In this document: piece by piece, positions 31,367 through 40,852 of the stretch
How positions within the stretch are numbered: the stretch's first letter is position 1
Layout: the number at the start of each line of letters is the position of its first letter
Assembly: GCA_036149055.1 (NCBI GenBank)
Contig: JAYZQJ010000191.1
Coordinates: forward strand, 10,643 to 74,642
Source: Myxococcota bacterium
GTDB lineage: Bacteria > Myxococcota_A > Polyangia > Polyangiales > Sandaracinaceae
Length of the DNA stretch: 64,000 bases
Direction: 5' to 3'
Notes under the pieces: model-generated
Database searches by the model: none
Told to the model about the DNA's origin: nothing
What the model saw: the letters and a program-made list of their open reading frames with translations, nothing else
Program-made: the position numbers and the translations under genes

Positions 31367-31996
31367 GTGCCCGACCCCCGAGACGATCTCTACGAGCGGA
31401 TTCGCGAGGACATCGCGAGCGAGCGTGGCGCGCTCGCCTGGATCCGCGCGCGGCCGACGCCGTTGCGCGCGGCGCTGCTCGGCGCGCTCGGCTTCGGGGG
31501 CGCGGTCGCCCTCATCGCGGCCATGCGGCCGGAGTCCTTCACCCGGCCGCGCACCCTGGGCTGGGCGATCGGGCTCACCGGCGCGATCGCGATGACCGCG
31601 GTGGCGATGGCCGCGCTGCTCCGGCCGGTGCACGCCGACGGCTGGTCCCCGCTCCGCCGCCGCCTGGTCGCCGCCGCGATCGCGCTCGGCGCGCTCGGCG
31701 CGCTCACCCTCGCGGGCGACGGAAGCCTCGGCGCGCTCGGGACCGGGCACTGCCTGATGATGGGCGCGGTGGCGTCGCTCCCGACCTTCGTCGCGGCGCT
31801 CCTGCTCGATCGCCACCCTCGACGCGGCGCGCTCTTCGCCGCGCTCTCCGCCACCCTCGTCGGGGCCCTGACCCTCCAGGTGATGTGCCGCGGACGCAGC
31901 CTGCTGCACCTCGTCACCGAGCACTTCGGCGTGGTGCTCGCCGGCGGCCTCTTCTACTTCTCGGTGGCCGCGCTGCTCGCCCGCGTCCGGCGCTGA
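31367..31996 (+). CDS. membrane anti-sigma factor (NrsF-like)
   Basis: Directly after the ECF gene; multiple TM helices with Cys/His residues. Confidence 0.7.
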   Translation: MPDPRDDLYERIREDIASERGALAWIRARPTPLRAALLGALGFGGAVALIAAMRPESFTRPRTLGWAIGLTGAIAMTAVAMAALLRPVHADGWSPLRRRLVAAAIALGALGALTLAGDGSLGALGTGHCLMMGAVASLPTFVAALLLDRHPRRGALFAALSATLVGALTLQVMCRGRSLLHLVTEHFGVVLAGGLFYFSVAALLARVRR

Positions 31997-32853
31997 TCGC
32001 GCCAGCTCCCCGACGCGATGACGGGGCCGTCTCCCAGGTACCGGTAGGTCCACGCGAGCCGGGTCCCGCCCGGGGCGCGGACGCGGGTGACGATGCGGCG
32101 ATACATCGATCCCTCGCGCCCGTAGCCGAGGAAGTCCTCGACCTCGTCGAGCTCGCGCAGCGCGCGCGCGGGATCGGCCAGGGTGATCAGCTCGCCGTGG
32201 ACCTCGCCGGCGTCGCCCGGCACGAGGCCGGGGTAGGGCCCCAGGTCGACGAGGCGCCCGCGAGCCCGGGCCTCCTCCCAGGCGAGCGGCCCGTGGCGCA
32301 GGGCGATCGGCTCGCGCAGCTCCCCGCGCATGAGCGTGCCGTACACGAACACCGCGCTCGGCAGGGCCGGGGCGTCGAGGCCGCGCGCGGCGGCGAGGAG
32401 GGGGGCCTCGGGGAGGCGATGAGCCCGCAGCCCGCGCAGCACCGTCTCCACGTAGGCGTCGGTGGGCGCCACGTGCGCCGTCTCGCGCCGGGCCGGCACG
32501 ACCTCGTAGGTGACGGCGCGCCGCTCGTCGCCGCCCTCGGTGATCGCGGTGACCTCCACCCGCGCGTAGAACCGGGGCGCGCCTTCCTTGTCGTCGAGCG
32601 CCGCCCAGCCCGCGTCGTCGACCTCGTAGAGCACGCCGGGCACCGACGCGCCGAGCCGCGGGCGCACGCTCAGGGCGCCGCCGCGACGCGCGGCCGAGCG
32701 GTAGTGGAAGACCAGCTCGTGGTCGGGGAGCCACGCCGCCTCGATCGCGCGGATCCCCTCGTGGCGGTGGCCGCGCTCGGCGCACCAGCGGGCGAGGTCG
32801 CGCGCGCAGAGGTTCGAGCCGTATCCGAAGTAGAGCACTCCGAAGCATGACAC
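31954..32853 (-). CDS. protein with two gamma-glutamylcyclotransferase domains
   Basis: YFGYGSNL...LDDKEG and VFVYGTL...LDEVE. Confidence 0.85.
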   Translation of the reverse strand: MSCFGVLYFGYGSNLCARDLARWCAERGHRHEGIRAIEAAWLPDHELVFHYRSAARRGGALSVRPRLGASVPGVLYEVDDAGWAALDDKEGAPRFYARVEVTAITEGGDERRAVTYEVVPARRETAHVAPTDAYVETVLRGLRAHRLPEAPLLAAARGLDAPALPSAVFVYGTLMRGELREPIALRHGPLAWEEARARGRLVDLGPYPGLVPGDAGEVHGELITLADPARALRELDEVEDFLGYGREGSMYRRIVTRVRAPGGTRLAWTYRYLGDGPVIASGSWRDQRRTRASSAATEK

Positions 32854-32887
32854 GACCCGCGCGCCGTCACGGTGCTATGACTCTGCC

Positions 32888-34048
32888 GTGAACCGCGCGC
32901 ACCCCGCTGTCCTCCTGCTCCGGCTCGCGTCCCTCACCGCGCTGGCCTTCAGCGTCACGCTCGCGATCGACTACTACGGGCCGCGCTCCACCTTCTGCGG
33001 GCCGAGCGGCGGCTGCGCCGAGGTCCGCGCGTCGGACATCGGGATCCTGCTCGGCGACTACCTGCCGGCGCTCGGGCTGCTCGTCTACACCTCTCTCTTC
33101 GTCGGCAGCCTCTTCTCGAGCCGCGAGGCGCTCCGGGCGGTCGGCGCGCTCGCCGCCCTGGGCGGGGTTGGCGCGGCCGCGTTCCTCGGGCTGCAGGCCC
33201 TCGTGATCGAGGCGTGGTGCCCGTTCTGCGTCGGCGTCGACGTGGCCGCCCTCCTCGCCGCGGCCGCCGGCGGCTGGATCCTCGGCGCGAAGGTCGGCGA
33301 GCCCGGCGCCAGGAGCACCCTCGCCAGCCCCTGGTGGGGCCTCTTCGCGGTCGCGGTGGCCGGCCCGCTCGTCTGGGTCTTCGCGCTGCCCGACCCGGAT
33401 CTCCCCGCCCCGATCGTCGAGCGCTGGGACCGCACCGCCGACGTCAACATCGTCGAGATGGCCGACTTCGAGTGCCCCTACTGCCGCGCGCTCGACCCGG
33501 TCCTGCACGAGGCGATGGAGGAGAGCGGACGGGACGTGCACCTCGCGCGCATCATGGTGCCGCTCCCCTTCCACGAGCACGCGCGCGGCGCGGCGGCGGC
33601 GTACCTCTGCGCGGAGCGGCAGGGGGAGGGCGACGCGATGGCGGGCCGCCTCTTCGAGAGTGAAGACCTCACGCGCCCGGCGCAGGTGGCGATCGCGGGG
33701 GCGCTGTCGCTCGACGTGGAGGCGTTCGAGGGGTGCCTCGACGACGACGCCATCGACGACGCGATCGACGCCGACATGGAGGACGCCCGTCGCGCCGGCA
33801 TGCAGGGCCTGCCCACCGTCTGGGTCGGGGAGCGCGCGCTCGTCGGCTTCGACGCCCGCAACGGCGCCGCGCCCTACGCCGAGGCGATCCGGGACGCGGC
33901 GGAGGGGCGCGGCCGCCGGGTGCGGTGGTGGCTCTTCGTCGCGCTCGCGATCCTCGCCGGGCTGATCGCCGGCGCCGGCCGCCGCCTGGCGATCCGGGCC
34001 GCCGAGAAGAGGGCAGCGGAGAAGAAGCCCGGCCGCAAGAAGCCCTGA
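32888..34048 (+). CDS. VKOR fused to a DsbA/thioredoxin domain
   Basis: FCGPSGGC loop, WCPFC, then DFECPYC and GLPT; C-terminal TM. Confidence 0.88.
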   Translation: MNRAHPAVLLLRLASLTALAFSVTLAIDYYGPRSTFCGPSGGCAEVRASDIGILLGDYLPALGLLVYTSLFVGSLFSSREALRAVGALAALGGVGAAAFLGLQALVIEAWCPFCVGVDVAALLAAAAGGWILGAKVGEPGARSTLASPWWGLFAVAVAGPLVWVFALPDPDLPAPIVERWDRTADVNIVEMADFECPYCRALDPVLHEAMEESGRDVHLARIMVPLPFHEHARGAAAAYLCAERQGEGDAMAGRLFESEDLTRPAQVAIAGALSLDVEAFEGCLDDDAIDDAIDADMEDARRAGMQGLPTVWVGERALVGFDARNGAAPYAEAIRDAAEGRGRRVRWWLFVALAILAGLIAGAGRRLAIRAAEKRAAEKKPGRKKP

Positions 34049-34050
34049 CG

Positions 34051-34854
34051 TCACTCCACCGCGATCACGCTCGGGAGCTGGCCCGCGCCGAGCTCGGGCA
34101 TGTCGAGCTGGAAGCTCTCCGGCTCACGCACCCCCTCGGGCCGGCGGAGGCCGACCTCCAGCAGGGAGCCGCGGCCGAGGCGCTCGATGCCGTCCTCCTC
34201 GGCGATGATCTCCAGGGCGCCCGGCCGGGGCCGCAGGCCCTCGAGGTGTCCGACGTAGTGATGCGCCTCGGGATCCCAGCGCAGCGACAGCGGGTGCAGG
34301 TGGCCGTCGTCCCCGGGGAAGCTGAGCGTCAGGTCGATGTCGAGGCGGGCGTCGGGCGCGTCGAGCACGTAGACGTGCGCGTGGCCGTCCGGCTCGACCG
34401 CGACCTCCATGACGTGGTCGCCCACCGCGACGACCGAGCCCTCGTGCGCGCCGCGGGGCAGGATCTCGGCGACCTCCACCGACGCGCGGCGCCGATGCCC
34501 CTCGTGCACCACCAGCACCTGCGCCTCGCCCGCCCGCGGCGTGGACTCCATCTCGCCGACGAAGCCCTGCACCTCGTCGGTCCACCGCAGCGCCACCGCG
34601 TGGGCCTCGCCCGCCTCGTCCTCGAGCGTCACCGTGACGCCGGCGTCCGCGAGATCGTGCTCGGAGCGCACGTGGAAGTGCAGCTCCCCGGTGGCGTGCA
34701 CCACCAGCTCGCCGACCACCCCCTCGAGAGGCACGAGCACCCCGCCGTGCCGCGCCGTCAGCAGGGGCGCCTCGGCCTCGGCCGCGGGCTCCGAGGGAGC
34801 CTCCTGGCCGCAGGAGGCGAGGACGATCGACGAGGCGAGGAGGAGGCCGCGCAC
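34051..34854 (-). CDS. His-rich lipoprotein with two internal repeats (start may be 34890)
   Basis: LASC lipobox; repeats RHGG...LRW and AHEG...LRW. Confidence 0.7.
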   Translation of the reverse strand: MRGLLLASSIVLASCGQEAPSEPAAEAEAPLLTARHGGVLVPLEGVVGELVVHATGELHFHVRSEHDLADAGVTVTLEDEAGEAHAVALRWTDEVQGFVGEMESTPRAGEAQVLVVHEGHRRRASVEVAEILPRGAHEGSVVAVGDHVMEVAVEPDGHAHVYVLDAPDARLDIDLTLSFPGDDGHLHPLSLRWDPEAHHYVGHLEGLRPRPGALEIIAEEDGIERLGRGSLLEVGLRRPEGVREPESFQLDMPELGAGQLPSVIAVE

Positions 34855-34896
34855 CGCCCGACGATACGTCGCGCCGGGCCCTGATACCATCGGGGA

Positions 34897-36450
34897 GTGA
34901 GCGCCGAGCGGGATCTCATGCGTGATCGCGCCCTCTGCCTCGTGGCGGCCGCCGTCGTCATGGGCTTCCACGTGCTCACGCGCCGCAACGAGCCCGACTC
35001 GATCGATCCGCTGACGCATCGCCTGGTGCTGGCCGGGGCGTTCGTGGCCCTGGCCGCGGCGAGCTTCGTGATCCCGATCGCCCGCCGGCAGCTGACGCCG
35101 GCGTTCCACGGGCTCGCGGGCGCGTATGGCGTGTGGACCGTGTGGACGGTGCACGTGAACCACTTCGCGGCCGACAAGGTGATGGCGCTCTTCGCCCTGG
35201 TGCTCGGCACGAGCCTCGTGTTCCGCAGCGTGCGGCCGCTCGCCGTCTACCTCGTCGCGGTGGGTCTCGCCGTGCTCGGCGCGGTGGCGCTGGCGACCCG
35301 CCCCGAGACCCCGCCGGTGATGTTCCTCGCGCGCTTCGTGGCGCTGTCGATCGCGATCCTGGTGCTGGTGGGCTGGCGTGATCGGGCGCTCCGGCGAGCG
35401 AGCGAGGAGCGCGAGCGCTACCGGCGGCTCTTCGACTCCAACCCGGTGGCGATCGTGGTGCACGTGGACGAGCGGGTCATCGACGCGAACACCGCCGCCC
35501 TCCGGCTGGTCCGCGGCGACTCGGTCGACGACGTCCGCGGCCGCCCGATCTCCGACTTCATCTCGCCGCCCGAGGCGCCGCGGGTGCTGCAGCGGATCCG
35601 CTCTCGCACGCCCGAGGAGGCGGGCGCGCCCCTGGAGCTGATGGCCCGGCGGCTCGACGGGACCTACGTCGAGTGCGAGGTCCGAGGGAGCCCCACCGTG
35701 CACGACGGGCGGGCGGCGACGCAGGTCGTCATCGTCGACATCTCCGAGCGCCGGCGGGTCGAGCGAATGCAAGAGGACTTCGTCAGCGCGGTGAGCCACG
35801 AGCTGCGCACCCCGCTCACGTCGATCCACGGCTCCCTGTCCTTGCTCGAGGCGAGCGTCGGTGGGCCGCTCAGCACGAAGTCGCAGGAGCTGGTCGGGCT
35901 GGCCAAGCGCAACACCGACCGGCTGCGCGGCCTGATCGACGACCTGCTCGACCTGCGCAAGATCGAGGCGGGCAAGCTCAGCTTCCAGTTCGAAGACGTC
36001 GATCTGGTGTCGCTGGTCGCCCACCAGATCGAGGACCTGCGAGCGCTCGCCGAGCAGCGCGGCCTCTCGCTGTCCTACGAGACGGAGGTCGAGGAGGCGC
36101 CGGTGTCGGTCGACGTCGGGCGCCTCGAGCAGGTGCTCACCAACCTGGCGTCCAACGCCTTCAAGCACGCGCCCGAGGGCACGGCGGTGGAGGTCACCGT
36201 GCGCGAGGCCGAGGGCGGCTTCGCGCTGACGGTGCGAGATCGCGGGCCCGGCGTGCCGCCCGAGTTCGTGGAGCGCCTCTTCGAGAAGTTCACCCAGGCC
36301 GACGGCGACGACTCGCGGCGGAGCCAGGGGACCGGCCTCGGCCTCTCGATCGCGAGGGAGATCGTCTTGCAGCACGACGGCGAGATCACCTACGCGGACG
36401 CGGACGACGGCGGCGCGACCTTCTCGGTCTGGCTCCCCGCGTCTCGTTGA
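34897..36450 (+). CDS. membrane PAS sensor histidine kinase
   Basis: TM helices, PAS domain, SHELRTPL, NAFK, DRGPG, GTGLGL. Confidence 0.92.
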   Translation: MSAERDLMRDRALCLVAAAVVMGFHVLTRRNEPDSIDPLTHRLVLAGAFVALAAASFVIPIARRQLTPAFHGLAGAYGVWTVWTVHVNHFAADKVMALFALVLGTSLVFRSVRPLAVYLVAVGLAVLGAVALATRPETPPVMFLARFVALSIAILVLVGWRDRALRRASEERERYRRLFDSNPVAIVVHVDERVIDANTAALRLVRGDSVDDVRGRPISDFISPPEAPRVLQRIRSRTPEEAGAPLELMARRLDGTYVECEVRGSPTVHDGRAATQVVIVDISERRRVERMQEDFVSAVSHELRTPLTSIHGSLSLLEASVGGPLSTKSQELVGLAKRNTDRLRGLIDDLLDLRKIEAGKLSFQFEDVDLVSLVAHQIEDLRALAEQRGLSLSYETEVEEAPVSVDVGRLEQVLTNLASNAFKHAPEGTAVEVTVREAEGGFALTVRDRGPGVPPEFVERLFEKFTQADGDDSRRSQGTGLGLSIAREIVLQHDGEITYADADDGGATFSVWLPASR

Positions 36451-36655
36451 GGCCGCGTCGCGCGGGCCTAGCTTCGAGAGTGAACCCGGGCCGGAGCCGC
36501 CTCTCCCCACGGGACCAGACGCGTTCGGCATCGTCAGCACGTTCGTCGTCCGGCGACGTCGAGGCGGCCCCGTCCCGGGTCCTGCTTTCCGCGGTCGTCG
36601 CCGACCCGCCACATGGTCCATTGCCCCGTGGCGCGCGTCGCCGCAGGGTCGGGGC

Positions 36656-37432
36656 ATGGGCATCGAGATCCATCAGGTCGACGCGTTCGCGCGCGAACCG
36701 TTCACCGGCAACCCCGCCGCCGTGTGTCTCCCGGGCGCCGCGCGGGACGACGTCTGGCTGCAGAAGGTCGCGGCGGAGATGAACCTCTCCGAGACCGCGT
36801 TCCTCTGGGCCGAGGAGGGCGCGTGGAGACTCCGCTGGCTCACGCCGACCACGGAGGTGGACCTGTGCGGGCACGCCACGCTCGCGAGCGCGCACGTGCT
36901 CTGGGAGACCGGCCGCGCGGAGGGCGCGATCCGCTTCATCACCCGGAGCGGCGTGCTCGAGGCGACGCGGGAGGGCGAGGCGATCGCGCTCGACTTCCCG
37001 TCCACCGCGCCCGCGCCCTGCGCGCCGCCGGCCGGCCTGTTCGACGCGCTCGGCGCGGAGGGCGAGTGCCACCGCAGCCGCTTCGACGTGCTCGTGCGCC
37101 TCTCCAGCGAGGCCGCGGTGCGGGCGCTCCGACCCGACCTGCGCGCGCTCGCGGCGATCGGCGCGCGGGGCGTGATCGTGACCGCCGAGGGCGACGCGCA
37201 CGACTTCGTGAGCCGCTTCTTCGCCCCGGCCGCGGGCGTCGACGAGGACCCGGTGACGGGCAGCGCCCACTGCGCGCTCGCCCCCTTCTGGACCGAGCGC
37301 CTCGGTCGATCCCGCCTGCGCGCCTACCAGGCGAGCGCCCGCGGCGGGGAGCTGGAGGTCGAGGTGGCGGGCGACCGCGTCCGGCTCTTCGGCCACGCGA
37401 TCACGGTGCTCTCGGGCCAGCTGAAGGTTTGA
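36656..37432 (+). CDS. PhzF-family epimerase/isomerase
   Basis: VDAF...GNPAAV, NLSETAF, EVDLCGHAT, EDPVTGSAH. Confidence 0.92.
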   Translation: MGIEIHQVDAFAREPFTGNPAAVCLPGAARDDVWLQKVAAEMNLSETAFLWAEEGAWRLRWLTPTTEVDLCGHATLASAHVLWETGRAEGAIRFITRSGVLEATREGEAIALDFPSTAPAPCAPPAGLFDALGAEGECHRSRFDVLVRLSSEAAVRALRPDLRALAAIGARGVIVTAEGDAHDFVSRFFAPAAGVDEDPVTGSAHCALAPFWTERLGRSRLRAYQASARGGELEVEVAGDRVRLFGHAITVLSGQLKV

Positions 37433-37445
37433 GGGCGCTTCTGGC

Positions 37446-37473
37446 TTGACACCGGCCGCCGCTCGGCTAACTT
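37446..37473 (+). promoter_or_regulatory. sigma70-type promoter of tRNA-Phe
   Basis: TTGACA (37446-37451), 16 nt spacer, TAACTT (37468-37473), then a GC-rich discriminator. Confidence 0.65.
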
Positions 37474-37486
37474 CGCCGCTCCCGAC

Positions 37487-37559
37487 GCCCAGATAGCTCA
37501 GTTGGTAGAGCAGGGCATTGAAAATGCCCGTGTCGGCAGTTCGATTCTGTCTCTGGGCA
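37487..37559 (+). tRNA. tRNA-Phe (GAA); CCA not encoded
   Basis: GCCCAGA/TCTGGGC acceptor stem, AGCTCAGTTGGTAGAGC D arm, GGGCA-TTGAAAA-TGCCC anticodon arm, GTTCGATT T loop. Confidence 0.97.
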
Positions 37560-37571
37560 CTGCTCTCGCGG

Positions 37572-37602
37572 GGAGCGGGCTTTCGAGCCCCTCCTCCTTC
37601 TT
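37572..37602 (+). terminator. hairpin downstream of the tRNA, possible intrinsic terminator
   Basis: GGGCT-TTCG-AGCCC stem extended by GGAG/CTCC, followed by a pyrimidine run. Confidence 0.45.
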
Positions 37603-37675
37603 CGAAACCACGGGCCGACCTCCGGACCGGGCGCTCTGCGCCCCAGGAGGCCGGCCTGACTGGTTCCCTCTCCTC

Positions 37676-38803
37676 CTACGAGGCGAGGCGAATGGGGGCG
37701 GCCTCCAGGCTACGCTCGTCGAGGCGCTGCTCGAGGTAGGCGAGGACGGCGGCCTCCTCGGGGCGCAGGGTGGCGAGCTCATCACGGAGCTTGGCCTGGG
37801 CTCGGTCCCGGACGGCGGCGGCGACGGTGGCGATGTCTTCTTCGCTCTGCCCGAGCACCTGCGGGTGGATGTAGCAGGAGCGGCAGACGGCGACGGTGTT
37901 GCCCAGCTCCTTGGCGACGCGCTCCACCGCCCGGAGGAGGCGGCGATCCTGGCGGGCCTCGTCGTCCACCCGCTCGAGCTCCTCGAGGGCGACCGCCGCG
38001 AGCACCGTGCCGGCCCAGGTGCGGAAGTCCTTGGCGGTGACCCTCGCCTGCGCAGCCTCGCGGAGGTAGGCGTTGACGTCCTCGCTGGTGACGTCGCGCT
38101 TGCGGCCGTCGTCGTCGAGGTACTTGAAGAGCTCGTAGCCCGGGGTCTCGAGGCACTCGACGATGACCTCGACGAGCGCCGGGTCGTCGACCTCGACGCG
38201 CCAGTCCTTGCCGGACTTGGCCTTGAAGTCGAGCACGATGTCGGCGCCGTCGCCGCGCACGACGTGCTTCTTGCGGATGGTCGTCAGCCCGTAGCTCTCG
38301 TTCTTGCGGGCGTACTCGTCGTTGCCGATGCGGATCAGGGTGGTCTCGAGCAGCCGGACGACCGAGGCGAGGACCCGGCGGCGGGTCAGCCCTTCGGTCT
38401 CCATGTCCCGCTCGACGCGGCGACGGATGCTGGGCAGCACCTTGCCGAAGGCGATGACGCGGTCGTACTTGTGCCGGTCGCGGACCCGGCGCCAGGCGGG
38501 GTGGTAGATGTACTGCTTGCGGCCGGCGTCGTCGCGACCGGTCGCCTGGATGTGTCCGCGCGGATCGCGGCAGATCCAGACGTCTCTCCAGGCCGGCGGG
38601 ATGACGAGGCGATCGAAGCGGCCGCGCAGGCGATCGCTGCGCACCGTCTCGCCGCGGGCGTCGAAGTAGGTGAAGCCGCGGCCGCACTTGCGTCGGCCGT
38701 AGCCGGGCTCGTCACCGTCGACGTAGCGGAGCCGAGCTTCCTCGGCGGAGGCGTGGGGATCGTCGTCCAGGATGCGGCGGGCCCACGAGAGGTCGTGTTT
38801 CAC
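37676..38803 (-). CDS. bacterial DNA topoisomerase IB
   Basis: IPPAW, GRKQYIYH, IRIGN, GLTT, KDFRTW, LGNT...CRSCYIHP; GTG start inferred. Confidence 0.92.
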   Translation of the reverse strand: MKHDLSWARRILDDDPHASAEEARLRYVDGDEPGYGRRKCGRGFTYFDARGETVRSDRLRGRFDRLVIPPAWRDVWICRDPRGHIQATGRDDAGRKQYIYHPAWRRVRDRHKYDRVIAFGKVLPSIRRRVERDMETEGLTRRRVLASVVRLLETTLIRIGNDEYARKNESYGLTTIRKKHVVRGDGADIVLDFKAKSGKDWRVEVDDPALVEVIVECLETPGYELFKYLDDDGRKRDVTSEDVNAYLREAAQARVTAKDFRTWAGTVLAAVALEELERVDDEARQDRRLLRAVERVAKELGNTVAVCRSCYIHPQVLGQSEEDIATVAAAVRDRAQAKLRDELATLRPEEAAVLAYLEQRLDERSLEAAPIRLAS

Positions 38804-38956
38804 ACCCTGGAACACAGCAACCGACGTGCCCACTCCAGGGCCGGCGGCGAAAGCGGCGCTCGCTCCGGGGCGCGCTGCCACGCCGCCACGTGCGGCCACC
38901 CCCGGCGGGGAGCGCGCCCGATCGGATCGGGACCCCCGCGGTCAGCTCGAAGCCGC

Positions 38957-38973
38957 TTGGCACGGGAGGTGAT
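38957..38973 (+). promoter_or_regulatory. possible sigma54-like element upstream of hpf
   Basis: TTGGCACG-GGAGG-TGAT: perfect -24 box, but -12 is GA instead of GC. Confidence 0.25.
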
Positions 38974-38997
38974 CCCCTCTTCGGGGCGGAGGTACAT

Positions 38998-39570
38998 TTG
39001 GACCATCTAGAGCTGAGAATCGACGAAGACGTCCCGGGCCGGGACCGCGCCGAGGCCTTGGTACGAGAGCAAGCGGCCAAGCTCGAGCGCCACACCGACA
39101 ACGTCACGAGCTGCCACGTCGCGATCGAGCGACCGCACGCGCACCCGCAGAGCGGCTCGGACTATCGCGTCCGGGTGGAGGTCCGGCTCGCCGGGCAGCG
39201 CCCGTTCACCGTGCGGCGCGAGCCGGGTGACGGCGAGATCCACGACGACCTGAGCGTCGCGATCCACGACGCCTTCGCGTCCGCCGACCGCAAGGCCCGA
39301 GAGCTGCACCGCCAGCAGCAGGACCACCGCCCCTCGGCCGGTCAGCAGCAGGTGGGGGTCGTGCGCGACGTCGAGGACGACTTCGCCACGCTCCTGACCC
39401 CCGACGGCCGACAGGTCTTCGTCCCGCTCGTCGCCTCGGGCGGCGACGCGGCTCTCGAGCCCGGCATGGCCGTGGCGTTCCAGGACGCGGGTCACCGGGA
39501 CGGCCAGCCCTGGGGAGACCAGCTCAGCGTCCTGGACGCGCGCACCGAGCCCCCTTTCGGAGAGGAATGA
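38998..39570 (+). CDS. HPF/RaiA ribosome hibernation factor with a C-terminal cold-shock-like domain
   Basis: GGAGGT RBS and TTG 38998; KLER...SCHVAIE, AIHDAF; C-terminal TPDGRQVF OB-like segment. Confidence 0.8.
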   Translation: MDHLELRIDEDVPGRDRAEALVREQAAKLERHTDNVTSCHVAIERPHAHPQSGSDYRVRVEVRLAGQRPFTVRREPGDGEIHDDLSVAIHDAFASADRKARELHRQQQDHRPSAGQQQVGVVRDVEDDFATLLTPDGRQVFVPLVASGGDAALEPGMAVAFQDAGHRDGQPWGDQLSVLDARTEPPFGEE

Positions 39571-39574
39571 TCTG

Positions 39575-40738
39575 ATGTTCACCATGCTCAGCCGAGCCAA
39601 GCTCGAAGCCCTCGTGAAGGCCGACGAAGGCCCCTGGGTCACCCTGTCGACGCCGCTCCACGGCGGCGGCCCGTTCACCAAGGAGGACACGCTGCGCTTC
39701 CGTCACCTCGTCGACCGCGCGCGCGAGCAGCTCGAGGCGCGCGCCGACGTCAACGGAGAGGCGCAGGTCATCGTGGAGGAGCTCGAGGACATCCTGAACG
39801 ACCGCGGCGTCTTCACCGCGGGCGCGCGCGGCCTCATCGTGCTGGCGAGCCCGATGCGGGCCGAGCTGTGGCACGTGCCCGAAGAGGTGGAGGAGCGGGC
39901 CATCGTCGACGCCCGGCCCCACGTCGAGACGCTGCTCCCGCTGACCGCGAGCTCGTCGCATTTCTACGCCGTGAGCCTGACCCTTCACGGGACCCGGCTC
40001 TTCAGCTGCGACCGCCACGAGGCGCGCGAGCTGCCGCTGCCCGACGACGCGCCGAGCCGCCTCGAGGACGCGGCCGGCTGGGAGACCGAGCCGCAGCACC
40101 TGCAGTACCACCCCACGACCCCCATCGGCGGCTCGCCGCGCAACGGCGTGCCCATCTACCACGGGCAGGGCGGCGGCATCGACGACCGCGACGTCGACAT
40201 CGTCAAGTACCTGCGCGCCATCGACGCCGCGCTCTGGGAGGCGATCCCCCACCGCGACGCGCCGATCGTGCTGATGGCGACCGAGAAGGTGGAGGGCCTC
40301 TTCCGCGGCGTGACCCGGCTCCCCCGGCTGTGCGACGCGTTCGTGCACGGGAGCTTCGGCGCCGCGGAGCCCGCGGAGATCCACGCCCGCGCGTGGCCGG
40401 TCGTGGAGCCGCTCTTCGCCCACCGCCTGATGAACGACGTGCAGCGCCTGCGGGACGCGCGCGGGACCGGGCTGGCCCTCGAGCGGCTCGACGAGGTGGT
40501 GCTCGCGGCCTGGGACGGCCGGGTCGACACCCTCTTCGTCCGCCGACGCGGCGCCTGCGCCGGGGTGCTCGACGAAGAGCGGCGCAAGGTCATCCTCGGC
40601 GACGACGTGCCCGGGCAGGTCACCGACCTGTGCGATCGTGCGGCGGCCGACGCGTTCGCCAAGGGCGCCGTGGTCCACGTGGTCGACGAGCTCCACATGC
40701 CCTTCGAGGGCCCGGTGGCGGCCATCCTACGCTGGTGA
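39575..40738 (+). CDS. bacterial archaeo-eukaryotic release factor (baeRF)-like protein, Balon-like
   Basis: VTLSTP, YHGQG, YLRAID, GRVDTLFV, C-terminal AAILRW; 4 nt after hpf. Confidence 0.8.
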   Translation: MFTMLSRAKLEALVKADEGPWVTLSTPLHGGGPFTKEDTLRFRHLVDRAREQLEARADVNGEAQVIVEELEDILNDRGVFTAGARGLIVLASPMRAELWHVPEEVEERAIVDARPHVETLLPLTASSSHFYAVSLTLHGTRLFSCDRHEARELPLPDDAPSRLEDAAGWETEPQHLQYHPTTPIGGSPRNGVPIYHGQGGGIDDRDVDIVKYLRAIDAALWEAIPHRDAPIVLMATEKVEGLFRGVTRLPRLCDAFVHGSFGAAEPAEIHARAWPVVEPLFAHRLMNDVQRLRDARGTGLALERLDEVVLAAWDGRVDTLFVRRRGACAGVLDEERRKVILGDDVPGQVTDLCDRAAADAFAKGAVVHVVDELHMPFEGPVAAILRW

Positions 40739-40852
40739 CCTCTCGCCGGCCGACCCTCGCAGCGACGTGTACATGGTGCACGTCGCTTTTTCATGCGTTG
40801 CGGCTGCACGCTCCTACACTGTGTGCTAGATGCCGCCCCCGAGGGGGTCGAG

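Noticed and set aside
36451..36655. Possible small ORF or ncRNA between the kinase and phzF-like genes
   Set aside because: No convincing start, codon bias or recognisable structure
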